Source: a virus
Reading direction: 5' to 3' (one strand)
Virus record (IMG/VR): IMGVR_UViG_3300037423_001503
DNA length: 64,000 bases
The notes under the pieces were generated by a model. It worked only from the letters and a program-made list of their open reading frames with translations, was not told the DNA's origin and did no database searches. The first letter of the stretch is position 1. Every line of letters starts with the position of its first letter. Below are positions 35,214 to 43,656 of the stretch, one piece after another. The translations under genes and the position numbers were made by a program.

Positions 35214-35522
35214 ATGAGGCTCTGTCGAAACTGTGGTTACGAGTTCCGTCCCAGTGACTGCTTCGAGGCCGACGCCCACGACAGCCGTCTCGGACTCTGT
35301 ACGAACCAGAAGAAGTGCCGCCGCCGAGCCAGCACCGGTAAGTACAGCGGCAACCTAGAGCGACTGTTCCCTCCGACGATGGACGAGATGCTCGATTTCA
35401 TCGCCGATCGACTACGCGAAGACTGCGCAGTTGTACTCGATCACGCAGTCACCGACGAAGACCACCTCAAGACGATCTACGATCGCGCCAAGAGAGGCCG
35501 CCTTATGCGGTCCTGCTGGTGA
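35214..35522 (+). CDS. Zn-finger-like protein
   Basis: CRNC...C....C. Confidence 0.65.
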   Translation: MRLCRNCGYEFRPSDCFEADAHDSRLGLCTNQKKCRRRASTGKYSGNLERLFPPTMDEMLDFIADRLREDCAVVLDHAVTDEDHLKTIYDRAKRGRLMRSCW

Positions 35523-35550
35523 AACCGTCCCACTACTAGGAGGCAACGTC

Positions 35551-35736
35551 TTGCCCGCACAGCCCGGCGACACCGTCGTCGACTTCAATGCCCTGCTCTC
35601 TCTGAAGGATCAACATACCATCACCAACGCCGCCACTGAGGCCTACGCGGGCAACCACGTCGCGGCCGAGCGCCATCGTTGCTACGCCGGCTACGACATC
35701 GGGCGACTTGATGATGAGCGCATGGAGGGCCGCTGA
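35551..35736 (+). CDS. Hypothetical protein
   Basis: AGGAGG RBS, TTG start. Confidence 0.55.
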   Translation: MPAQPGDTVVDFNALLSLKDQHTITNAATEAYAGNHVAAERHRCYAGYDIGRLDDERMEGR

Positions 35737-35890
35737 TGTTCGCTGCGATCGTTGAGCACGCCGCGCTCGGGACTGTCTTCGCCGGCACCGGCGCATGCCT
35801 GCGAGGCCAGTGTGACCACCTCCACCACAAGCTCCTGCTAGGCGCCGCCGCCGTGATCATCGAGGCCGTCGTCATGGTCTCGACGATCGG

Positions 35891-36148
35891 ATGATCAACG
35901 CGCTCAAGGGCTTCGGCTTCATTGCGGTCCTGGTCGCTGTCGTGATGCTGGTCGGCTATCTCGGATCGTTGCCGTCTCCGGCCTCAACGCCCCAGCCGCG
36001 CGAGCGTCTAAGTCAGGTTGGCGCGATTGAGGCTCTGCGGAAGATCTGCCGCCCGCATGGTGGACTTCGCTCGGTGTCCTCGTCGCCCGGCGAGGTGTCA
36101 GCCGAGTGCCGCTCCGGGTTGGTTGTCAAGCTGGGGGTTTCGCGATAG
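35891..36148 (+). CDS. Small membrane-anchored protein
   Basis: N-terminal TM segment. Confidence 0.65.
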   Translation: MINALKGFGFIAVLVAVVMLVGYLGSLPSPASTPQPRERLSQVGAIEALRKICRPHGGLRSVSSSPGEVSAECRSGLVVKLGVSR

Positions 36149-36157
36149 GATCGAGCG

Positions 36158-36385
36158 ATGGACGAGTTCGTCTTCGACGCTTGGAAATTTGAGAAAGTGT
36201 GGCTGCCGGCGTTGCTGTCGGAGGCGTTCTCGATCTCGCGCAACCAGGCACGAAAGATCATTGAGCAGCGCGGCCTGCGCATCGACGGCAAGGTGTGGGA
36301 GTTCATGGACTGCGGCGTCATCGACATCGATGGCCGCGTAGTCCAGATCGGTAAGAAGCGCTTCATCAGACCGAGGTACACATGA
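36158..36385 (+). CDS. Stand-alone S4 RNA-binding domain (TyrRS C-terminal type)
   Basis: LL...SRNQARKIIEQRGLRIDGK...VVQIGKKRF. Confidence 0.75.
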   Translation: MDEFVFDAWKFEKVWLPALLSEAFSISRNQARKIIEQRGLRIDGKVWEFMDCGVIDIDGRVVQIGKKRFIRPRYT

Positions 36386-36750
36386 ACCAGAACAACCTCA
36401 TTTGGCTGGTCTCCATCCTCATCGCTGGCGTCGCCTTGTCCTTCCGCTTCGGTCCAGACAAACCCAAGGACGTGGTCCACACCAAGACCGTTACGGTGAC
36501 GACTGTCCGTCAGTCGCCGCCTGAGCCCTCGCTGAGGGACTGTGTTGGCTGTATGACCGCGTTGGAGTTTGACACCATCCACGCCGGTATGACGTGGGAC
36601 GCACTGGATGCCCAGTTCGGCGATCCGACCGGCAACATCCTGAACGACCACAAGGAGTTCTACCCGGCCGTTGGCGGCGGTACCTATTGGGTGTTCTTGG
36701 ACAAGAACGATCACGTAACCGGTAAGGAGTTCAAGGGTGCTGACTCCTGA
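36382..36750 (+). CDS. Membrane-anchored SmpA/BLIP/DUF3862-like protein
   Basis: TM segment plus EFDTIHAGMTW..L...FGDP. Confidence 0.6.
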   Translation: MNQNNLIWLVSILIAGVALSFRFGPDKPKDVVHTKTVTVTTVRQSPPEPSLRDCVGCMTALEFDTIHAGMTWDALDAQFGDPTGNILNDHKEFYPAVGGGTYWVFLDKNDHVTGKEFKGADS

Positions 36751-36811
36751 ACCAAGGATCGAAGACTTCATCGAGTTTGACATCGACGATCTCATCGACT
36801 AGGCTCGCAGT

Positions 36812-37024
36812 GTGCCGAACTACTACCGAACCCGTGACGAGGCCCGCAGAGAAGCGGCGCGCCGTAACGCCCGTGCAGCGGCCGATATGCTGCTGAGGTT
36901 CGCTCCGGTCCCGAATCCGGGCGAGACCGCAGTCGATCTCGCTCATCGCGCCAGAGGCGAGAACTGGAAGCTCATTGCGCTCCGTCCGACGCGGCAGCTT
37001 CCCAGAGGCTTGCGGCCGTCGTGA
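36812..37024 (+). CDS. Hypothetical protein
   Basis: ORF in operon. Confidence 0.55.
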   Translation: MPNYYRTRDEARREAARRNARAAADMLLRFAPVPNPGETAVDLAHRARGENWKLIALRPTRQLPRGLRPS

Positions 37025-37172
37025 GGACCATCAGGTTAGGGCCGCTCGTCCTAGGAGCAGCCGCCGAGCCACGTAACTGGCAGTGCTTCAACTGCGGCCG
37101 GCGGTGGACGTTTTCAGAACTCACAGAGCGCGGCCTCAGCCCCTGCTGTGTCTACATCGCCAAGAGGAACCC

Positions 37173-37823
37173 ATGAAGGCCAACGAGGTCGACAACTACA
37201 TCAACTCATCGACACCGGTCTCGGTGTGGATCAAGCCGACCGCGTGGAGCACGACGAAGCGCGAGATCAAGGCCATCCCCTTGGCGCGTGACGGCCGACG
37301 CGTCCATGTGCGGCTCGTTGAACAGGAGATCCCCAACGATCTCCACAGCGGCAAGACCGCAACGCTCATAGAGCGTGAGGAGTGGGTGTCGACGAACGCC
37401 GTCTGGTCTGATTGGGCGTCGGTGGAGGAGAACCGCGCACGCAAGGCCGTAGAACGCGAGGAAGAGCGTCAGCGCTGGCTTGTCGAGTACGCGGCCGAGA
37501 AGGCAGCCAAGCGCGCCCGCGTGGAGGAGTGGTCACGTCCGCTCCGCGGCATCGAGGTCACCAAGGATGTCGACACTCCGAACTGGCCGAGCCGCCGCTG
37601 GGATGACTTCACCTGTGATCTCGCCGAGTTGCTCGTCGACTGCTTCGAGGACTCCAAGACCATCACTGTCCGCGAGCCGCTGCTGGAGAAGATCGCCAAC
37701 GTGGTCGGTGCGTTTCGTGATGAGATTGAGGAACTCAACGATCGAGCGCTTGATCTCCAGCAGGCCGCCAATCGCGCCGCGATCGATGCGCAGTTCTGGG
37801 CCGACGAGGCGTGCGGAGAGTGA
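37173..37823 (+). CDS. Hypothetical coiled-coil protein
   Basis: GAGGA RBS. Confidence 0.75.
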   Translation: MKANEVDNYINSSTPVSVWIKPTAWSTTKREIKAIPLARDGRRVHVRLVEQEIPNDLHSGKTATLIEREEWVSTNAVWSDWASVEENRARKAVEREEERQRWLVEYAAEKAAKRARVEEWSRPLRGIEVTKDVDTPNWPSRRWDDFTCDLAELLVDCFEDSKTITVREPLLEKIANVVGAFRDEIEELNDRALDLQQAANRAAIDAQFWADEACGE

Positions 37824-38047
37824 GACTCGACCACGTCGCGCAGGCTTTGGAGCGCGCGTTCTCGATCTATGACGAGTACATCGAGCGCGGCTCGTCGCGC
37901 TCCAGCGCAGCAACCCTAACAGCCCAGCGGATCAACGTCGACCGCTACAAGCTGGTCGCGTTGTTGAACGATCGTGACGCAGGCATCATTGGAGGTTCAG
38001 GTAGTCAGATCACACGGTGCGTTGTTGACGCTCGCGCCGCTGCTTGA
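37820..38047 (+). CDS. Hypothetical protein
   Basis: GTGA overlap. Confidence 0.6.
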   Translation: MRLDHVAQALERAFSIYDEYIERGSSRSSAATLTAQRINVDRYKLVALLNDRDAGIIGGSGSQITRCVVDARAAA

Positions 38048-38053
38048 TACGCT
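38025..38053 (+). promoter_or_regulatory. SigA-type promoter (leaderless)
   Basis: TTGACG-N17-TACGCT-N6-GTG. Confidence 0.6.
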
Positions 38054-38059
38054 CAACGT

Positions 38060-38242
38060 GTGAAGCGACCGCCGCGCCGCAATCGTGAGCTTGATGACTA
38101 TCGGAGTCCCTCCGAGGTCACGCTGCGCGCGCTTCAACATCCAGGGGCTGGCCGGCATCGTCGTTCTCGTGAGGATGAGAATCGACGCCGTGGCCGCCTC
38201 AGCGGCGCTGAGAGACGCCGCATCATGTCCGACCTAGACTGA
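38060..38242 (+). CDS. Small Arg-rich protein
   Basis: Leaderless GTG. Confidence 0.6.
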   Translation: MKRPPRRNRELDDYRSPSEVTLRALQHPGAGRHRRSREDENRRRGRLSGAERRRIMSDLD

Positions 38243-38255
38243 AAGGATCGCCTAG

Positions 38256-38495
38256 ATGGCGAACGTAATCGTGATCACGGCCAGTGATGGCGACGTGAGA
38301 ATCGAGAAGATGCCGGAATCCACACTGCTGTCGCGCCTCGAAGAGCAGCACTACGGGGCGTATCCTATCTTCCTCGATGAGGTCAACGCAGCCTCCGACC
38401 CCAACTACTGGTCGGAGGGATCGGTTCTCGTCATCAAGGGTGACATCGCGAAGCCGCGCGCGATTCAGCACGTGACGAGGTACTCGCTCTCGTGA
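38256..38495 (+). CDS. Hypothetical protein
   Basis: AAAGGA RBS. Confidence 0.75.
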   Translation: MANVIVITASDGDVRIEKMPESTLLSRLEEQHYGAYPIFLDEVNAASDPNYWSEGSVLVIKGDIAKPRAIQHVTRYSLS

Positions 38496-38728
38496 GCGAC
38501 GCACCTAAGGGTCTGCGTTTTGAGGTATTCGGCGAGTACTACGACGCGCCGCCGAAGAACGCCCGTAACATTGGCTTCGGCTTCCGTTGGCGTCTCGTCG
38601 GCGCTGACGGCGAGGTCGCTGTCTCGCCTGAGCACTTCACGACCGTCGAGGAGGCACGTTCTCATATCGCAGCCAACCGAGGCCGCCTGAAGGCTGCTTC
38701 GCGCTCGAAGGTCTACGACGTTGCCTGA
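38492..38728 (+). CDS. YegP/DUF1508-like protein
   Basis: FRWRLVGADGEVAVSPEHFTT..EA...I. Confidence 0.6.
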   Translation: MSDAPKGLRFEVFGEYYDAPPKNARNIGFGFRWRLVGADGEVAVSPEHFTTVEEARSHIAANRGRLKAASRSKVYDVA

Positions 38729-39179
38729 GTTCAAGGGAACCCTCGGCGACGCCATCGCGATTGCCGCAGAAGTTCATCGCGATCAACTCGATAAGGCCGA
38801 TGAGGTATACATCCTACACCCACTCGAAGTGATGCGCGCCGTCGCACCAGACCGCGACGCCATGATCGTAGCGGTCATGCACGACGTGCTCGAAGACTGC
38901 GCTGCGGCGAAGCTCCTCGGCGTGCGCTACATCATCACGCGTCTGTTTCCTCCGCACATCTTGGAGGCACTTGAGGCGCTGACGAAGCAGCCTGGCGAAA
39001 CCTACGAAGAGGCGATCGAACGCGCAGCAGCCAACTACCTGGCCCGCAAGGTCAAGATCTCCGACCTAACCCACAATCTCGACCCGCGCCGCATTCCGGC
39101 GTATCAGATCGTGGACAAGGACTTCGTACGGTGGGATAAATATCGCCGTGCTTTGATCCGATTGGAGCGCGAGCACTGA
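38721..39179 (+). CDS. HD-domain hydrolase (RelA/SpoT-HD, Mesh1/SAH-like)
   Basis: A..H..Q.DK....YI.HP..V, HDVLED, VK..DL.HN. Confidence 0.85.
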   Translation: MPEFKGTLGDAIAIAAEVHRDQLDKADEVYILHPLEVMRAVAPDRDAMIVAVMHDVLEDCAAAKLLGVRYIITRLFPPHILEALEALTKQPGETYEEAIERAAANYLARKVKISDLTHNLDPRRIPAYQIVDKDFVRWDKYRRALIRLEREH

Positions 39180-39370
39180 TGGACTTCTCGGACATGGAGA
39201 AGATGAAGCATTCCAGGAACCCCAACACGTGCGCGTTGTGGTTGGCGTTGACGGCCCTGGAGGAGATTGCCGACGAGCTTCCCGGCCGCGAGCCGGGTAG
39301 TCACGCACGTAAGACGGTCGATCAGATCACCCGTTACCTCGATCAACACCGACAGGCCTTCGAGGCCTAA
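39179..39370 (+). CDS. Hypothetical protein
   Basis: TGATG coupling. Confidence 0.65.
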   Translation: MDFSDMEKMKHSRNPNTCALWLALTALEEIADELPGREPGSHARKTVDQITRYLDQHRQAFEA

Positions 39371-39384
39371 GAAAGGACTTAGTT

Positions 39385-39996
39385 ATGGGTTCTGCTCTTA
39401 TCGTCGTTGACGCACAGTACGACTTCCTTCCTGGAGGCGCGCTTGGTGTCGAGGGCGGCTTCGACATCATCGAGCCGATCATCGAGTTCGGTCACAGCGA
39501 ACTCGTCGACCTTGTCGTCTTCACCAAGGACTGGCACAGCCCCAACCACATCGGTCATCGACGCGCCGCAGGAGGAGCAGAGCCTACCTTCACTGATGGT
39601 GATTGGCCCGTGCACTGCGTGGCTGGACTACAGGGATCTCTGATCGCCGACGAGCTACTCCTAGCGTTCAACGACGCGCCGATCTTCTACAAGGGCACCG
39701 ACGACGACGTAGAGGAGTACTCGGCCTTCGCCGGCCGGCTCGATCAAGGGGGCGTCAAGCTCGACCGCTACCTCAGCAGCGAAGGCATCAACAATCTCTA
39801 CGTTGCTGGGCTCGCGTTCGATTTCTGCGTCGGTGAGACCGCCTTTGATGCCTTCGGCCTCGGCTACGAGACGACGGTGCTGGCTGACGCGACCCGTGCC
39901 GTGTCATTCGTCGGTGGGATCGAGACGGCGGCCAAGATGGGCCGCTACCAAGGTAACGGTCTGGAGGTCGACACAGTTGACCGTCTTTTGGCTTGA
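39385..39996 (+). CDS. pncA: Nicotinamidase/pyrazinamidase (isochorismatase family)
   Basis: VDAQYDF..GGALGV, DWH, WPVHCV, KG....EEYSAF, GLAFDFCV (Asp-Lys-Cys triad). Confidence 0.9.
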   Translation: MGSALIVVDAQYDFLPGGALGVEGGFDIIEPIIEFGHSELVDLVVFTKDWHSPNHIGHRRAAGGAEPTFTDGDWPVHCVAGLQGSLIADELLLAFNDAPIFYKGTDDDVEEYSAFAGRLDQGGVKLDRYLSSEGINNLYVAGLAFDFCVGETAFDAFGLGYETTVLADATRAVSFVGGIETAAKMGRYQGNGLEVDTVDRLLA

Positions 39997-40020
39997 CATC
40001 TAGGCAGTCTTCGCTAGACT
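39993..40020 (+). promoter_or_regulatory. SigA-type promoter
   Basis: TTGACA-N16-TAGACT. Confidence 0.6.
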
Positions 40021-40167
40021 TCTAGATGGTTGACAGCCCGCGACGAACGGCCGCGACCTCCAGGTAAGGAGCGAGGGGAGCGCGACATGGGACCAATTGA
40101 GCAGCACATCCCTAGCGCGGAGAAAAACACAACCTGCTCGCCGTCGTCGTTGTAGAAAGGAACCCCA

Positions 40168-40353
40168 GTGATCGACACATCCAAGCTGACCAACCGCGAG
40201 CGGATCTGCCTGATCGACAAGTTGGCCGCTGAGATCGAATGGACGCTACCGCCGGGCGGCATCTTCACGACTCGTACGATCTCTGATGAGAAGGTCTCTC
40301 AGGCCATGTTCAACATTCGCCATAGCGCAGGCGAGGCGCTGAGCCGCATCTGA
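40168..40353 (+). CDS. Hypothetical protein
   Basis: GAAAGGA RBS. Confidence 0.7.
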   Translation: MIDTSKLTNRERICLIDKLAAEIEWTLPPGGIFTTRTISDEKVSQAMFNIRHSAGEALSRI

Positions 40354-40538
40354 TGGCTGCCCAAGAGCACCCAGCGGCACGCGCCGCCCGTCTTGAGGAG
40401 GCCCTGCGCTCGATCAGAGACATCCAAGAGGCGCTACCTACGTGGGTGCGGGTCAAGGAACTCAACAACTCCAACTCTGCTATCGCACGAATCGTCAATC
40501 GGGCTTTGCTCGACACGAGCGGCGGCTCCGATGCGTAG
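40353..40538 (+). CDS. Hypothetical protein
   Basis: TGATG coupling. Confidence 0.65.
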   Translation: MAAQEHPAARAARLEEALRSIRDIQEALPTWVRVKELNNSNSAIARIVNRALLDTSGGSDA

Positions 40539-40767
40539 ATGGCTCGCCGGCTGCCTCGCGGCGCTGTTCCTGCGTCCTGCATCGACGGTTCCGCTTGACG
40601 TGATCGAGCACGGCGACGAAGACGTTGACGAGATGTGGCGTCGTGCGCTAATTCGTGGGCGCCTCCAGCCGGAGGCCTCACCGGTGGATCCGGAGGCCAA
40701 TCGCGAGGCCTTGATCGCCGTCGCGCCGGAAGAGTTCTGGCGTGATATTGAGCGCTCAGTACGGTGA
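40531..40767 (+). CDS. Hypothetical protein
   Basis: Overlapping start. Confidence 0.6.
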   Translation: MRRWLAGCLAALFLRPASTVPLDVIEHGDEDVDEMWRRALIRGRLQPEASPVDPEANREALIAVAPEEFWRDIERSVR

Positions 40768-40848
40768 CCGAGCTACGAAAGTATACGACTTTGCCCTCCG
40801 TTGAGGGGTAAAGTCCACCAATTTACATCACCACGCGGAAAGGAATCC

Positions 40849-41133
40849 ATGTCGTTGACCGACAAGGCAGCCCGTGAGCTTGCCACACAGGTTGTGAAGG
40901 ACAACAGGAGCGCCCGGGTCAAGTTCGGCCGCACCAACGGGGAGGCGCGCCTGCATGTCATCGTCCCGGCCTCGGAGGCCCCGGAGGGTGAGCCCACACT
41001 GGCCTCATTCACTCTGCGCAGCGCCGCCGATTGGTCTGCGTGTCCGTTGAATCAGCGCTTTACGCGCAACAAGGACTTCGCCGAGCAGCAGCCCACCGAG
41101 GCCTTGATGGCCGCGAACGGACGTAAGCGCTAA
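40849..41133 (+). CDS. Hypothetical protein
   Basis: GGAAAGGA RBS. Confidence 0.75.
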   Translation: MSLTDKAARELATQVVKDNRSARVKFGRTNGEARLHVIVPASEAPEGEPTLASFTLRSAADWSACPLNQRFTRNKDFAEQQPTEALMAANGRKR

Positions 41134-41351
41134 TGGCCGAGGCCTGCGTCGCGCTCGAACTTGATCATGATGAGGCCGTCGCGGTTGCGTCAGTGCTTGG
41201 CCGCGTCGGCTACGACGCGCTTGTCGAGGAGGCCGGCGAAACCGAGGCTGCCATCTATGCCGCCTACACGGCCTTGCGCGCTGTGACGCCAGATCCTCAG
41301 CGTTCGCTGACGCGACGTAACATCCCCCGGCTGACTAACGCGTTCGACTGA
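41133..41351 (+). CDS. Hypothetical protein
   Basis: TAATG coupling. Confidence 0.7.
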   Translation: MAEACVALELDHDEAVAVASVLGRVGYDALVEEAGETEAAIYAAYTALRAVTPDPQRSLTRRNIPRLTNAFD

Positions 41352-41448
41352 TGCGCCACAGAATCATCCAGATCATTGCTGTTCTGATCATGGTGGCGGC
41401 CTTCCTCATCGTCGCCGGAACCGGCGTCTACACCGCAATCCACTAAGT

Positions 41449-41634
41449 ATGACTGAGTACGTCGAGTACTCGTCAGCGGACGTAAACCTCACCGCCGCCC
41501 TGAGCGTAGCCCTACACGGCGATCCGCGAGACGAACAACGTCTGCGCCGTCCGTCGGTGCGCCTTTGGCGGTGCTGGTTCTGTAAGAGCAACAGAGACGG
41601 CCACGTGCGATGTGGCTGTCTACCCGATTGCTAG
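41449..41634 (+). CDS. Small Cys-rich (Zn-ribbon-like) protein
   Basis: CWFC...CGC. Confidence 0.55.
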   Translation: MTEYVEYSSADVNLTAALSVALHGDPRDEQRLRRPSVRLWRCWFCKSNRDGHVRCGCLPDC

Positions 41635-41726
41635 CTTACTAGCGCTGCAAGTGCTTCAAGAGCGCACACGACGGCCAAGTAGATGGCTAGCGGCCGATGG
41701 CTCTTGAGGTAGCTCTTCTTGATCAT
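41631..41726 (-). CDS. Small single-TM protein, 31 aa (minus strand)
   Basis: MIKKSYLKSHRPLAIYLAVVCALEALAALVS; ATGA-coupled to the upstream minus-strand gene. Confidence 0.45.
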   Translation of the reverse strand: MIKKSYLKSHRPLAIYLAVVCALEALAALVS

Positions 41727-41893
41727 TCGTCGTCCCCATCGCCGGGCGGCTTCAAGAAAACCGGCAACCCCATCATTGCCCCGAACAGAAGAATCAGTGT
41801 CGGTCGTTCCTGGCCCGAGAATGTCTCGTGCATGAATCCCGTCATTCCGCCCAGGAACAGCATCACGTCTCGCAGCACTGGCCATCTGTTCAT
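41723..41893 (-). CDS. Small two-TM (holin-like) protein, 56 aa (minus strand)
   Basis: MNRWPVLRDVMLFLGGMTGFMHETFSGQERPTLILLFGAMMGLPVFLKPPGDGDDE. Confidence 0.6.
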   Translation of the reverse strand: MNRWPVLRDVMLFLGGMTGFMHETFSGQERPTLILLFGAMMGLPVFLKPPGDGDDE

Positions 41894-42004
41894 GTCTCAT
41901 AGGTCGCGTATTCGGCGGGTCGGTCGAGGTCCGTCACAAGGCCTAAATAGTATCAGCGAGGTCGGCACCAAGACCTTCGGTCCAGTAATTAGGAAAGGAA
42001 TCCA

Positions 42005-42358
42005 ATGGCAGCAAGTTCGTCGACGCGTCCGTCCACGATCACGTACACCTATCACGACCCTTCGCGCACCTTCGACGGTACGCCTTACGAGGCCGCCGGT
42101 CTGGCGATCGACCAGGCCAGTGCGGTCGCAAAGCTCTTCCAACGAGCGCTTCGCGACACAGCAATCCAGGTCCGCAACGCGCATCTACAGCGCGATCTCG
42201 ACCTTGGTGACGCGCCTAACGCAGAGGCTTGGGAGACATCAGCACAGAAGCGGCTCTTGGACTCGTTCTCCTCTCAGACCTCTGAGATCCAAGCGCGGAT
42301 GAAGCTTCTCCGCCGCGCCGCCGCCTACGACCCAAAGAATCCGCCGAAGGAGTTGTGA
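42005..42358 (+). CDS. Hypothetical protein
   Basis: GGAAAGGA RBS. Confidence 0.75.
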   Translation: MAASSSTRPSTITYTYHDPSRTFDGTPYEAAGLAIDQASAVAKLFQRALRDTAIQVRNAHLQRDLDLGDAPNAEAWETSAQKRLLDSFSSQTSEIQARMKLLRRAAAYDPKNPPKEL

Positions 42359-42534
42359 TGGAACACCGCGATACCGTAAAGACCGAGATCTACAACGCCA
42401 GCAGAGAGATCTACGACGGTAACGATTCGGCCGGCGCGGGCTACGGGCTCGTAGCGCTCGCCTACGCCGTCTATGGTGGAGCGCGAGTGATTGCCGACGC
42501 CCTGAGGGAGCGCCATGGGGTGGCTGAGCGATAA
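42358..42534 (+). CDS. Hypothetical protein
   Basis: AAGGAG RBS, TGATG coupling. Confidence 0.6.
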   Translation: MEHRDTVKTEIYNASREIYDGNDSAGAGYGLVALAYAVYGGARVIADALRERHGVAER

Positions 42535-42808
42535 CGCACCGCGGCTTGCGCGAGCGCACGATGAGTTCTCTCGACTCTACGATGCCGAATATCGAGAGCG
42601 ACTACAACTCATCGACTCCATTCAGCGACTTGAAGCGCTGGTCGCGCATCGTGACCTAGAGCTTCTTCGCGCTGGAGCGCGACGCCATAAGTCGCCTAAG
42701 GACGCTGCCCGCCATCTCTCTCGTAGACAGGCAAAGCTCGACAGCGCTTCTAGCGCGCTGAAGCGGCACAACAAGCGCTTGAAGGAACTCGACGCTTGGA
42801 GACGCTGA
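42515..42808 (+). CDS. Coiled-coil protein
   Basis: GAGGGAG RBS. Confidence 0.65.
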   Translation: MGWLSDNAPRLARAHDEFSRLYDAEYRERLQLIDSIQRLEALVAHRDLELLRAGARRHKSPKDAARHLSRRQAKLDSASSALKRHNKRLKELDAWRR

Positions 42809-42999
42809 ACTACGCCGGCATCCCAATCGTGACGAGCCGCCTTGTCGAGCCAGGCAAGATGATGCTCTTCAACGGGCGTGTCGTCATGCGCCCAGTTGAC
42901 TGGCTGTACGTTCTGCATCCGTACTCGCCTGTGTGGTGCGCACGCACGCTTGGGCATCGCGAGATGGATCGCGATCGTCGCCTCCGACGTCGGGGTTGA
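42796..42999 (+). CDS. Hypothetical protein
   Basis: AAGGA RBS, TTG start. Confidence 0.6.
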   Translation: METLNYAGIPIVTSRLVEPGKMMLFNGRVVMRPVDWLYVLHPYSPVWCARTLGHREMDRDRRLRRRG

Positions 43000-43125
43000 C
43001 TATCTGCTAGTCTTGTGGTAGGCCGCTGACCGAGGCAAAGGTCGGGTTGGGGGACATTGACCCTTCGGGCGTCCCGTGTAGGTACGGCGGCCAATCACAT
43101 CCGAACTACCAGGGAGACAAACCCT

Positions 43126-43461
43126 TTGACACCTGTACTATCGGAGTTGACCCGCGGTCAGCGCTCCGTACTCCGCGCCTTCTACGAATTCGGTCCCATG
43201 GACGACACGGCGCTCACAGTGTATGTACATCACGTCGCCGAGCAGTCGATGTCGAGTTCTGGCATCCGCACTCGCCGAGCAGAACTAACGCGCACAACGC
43301 CGCCGCTGCTTCAGGCTGTTGATACGAAGCGCCTCAAGAGCGGCCGTCGGGCGGCGATTCATGCGCTGACTCCGACCGGCCAGATTCTTGCGTCGCAGTC
43401 ATTGTCCGGCGACAGCATCGGCCCGGCACCGGTTCGTCATCTGCGCCTCGTAGTTGCATGA
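43126..43461 (+). CDS. Winged-HTH protein
   Basis: GPMDD..L...SSSGIRTRRAEL...SGRRA..HALT..G. Confidence 0.65.
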   Translation: MTPVLSELTRGQRSVLRAFYEFGPMDDTALTVYVHHVAEQSMSSSGIRTRRAELTRTTPPLLQAVDTKRLKSGRRAAIHALTPTGQILASQSLSGDSIGPAPVRHLRLVVA

Positions 43462-43655
43462 TGAATCTGCTCATCTACCCGGCCGACGAAGCGCCGGAAG
43501 CTCCTATTGAGATCATGAACGTTGACCGCGTCTCATTGATCGACAACCAGTCGCATGGCGCTGGATCTACGTTCGGGATCAACAACAGCCTCACGGGGCG
43601 ACTTGTGTGGATCTCGTCGCCGAACGTCGCCGCTGTCGTTGTAGACGTCGTCTAG
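43458..43655 (+). CDS. Hypothetical protein
   Basis: ATGA overlap. Confidence 0.6.
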   Translation: MMNLLIYPADEAPEAPIEIMNVDRVSLIDNQSHGAGSTFGINNSLTGRLVWISSPNVAAVVVDVV

Positions 43656-43656
43656 G

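Noticed and set aside
43025-43100. c-di-GMP-I (GEMM) riboswitch
   Set aside because: GGCAAA and GGAC fragments are present, but the GNRA tetraloop/receptor and the GCAAA...CUAA core are missing.
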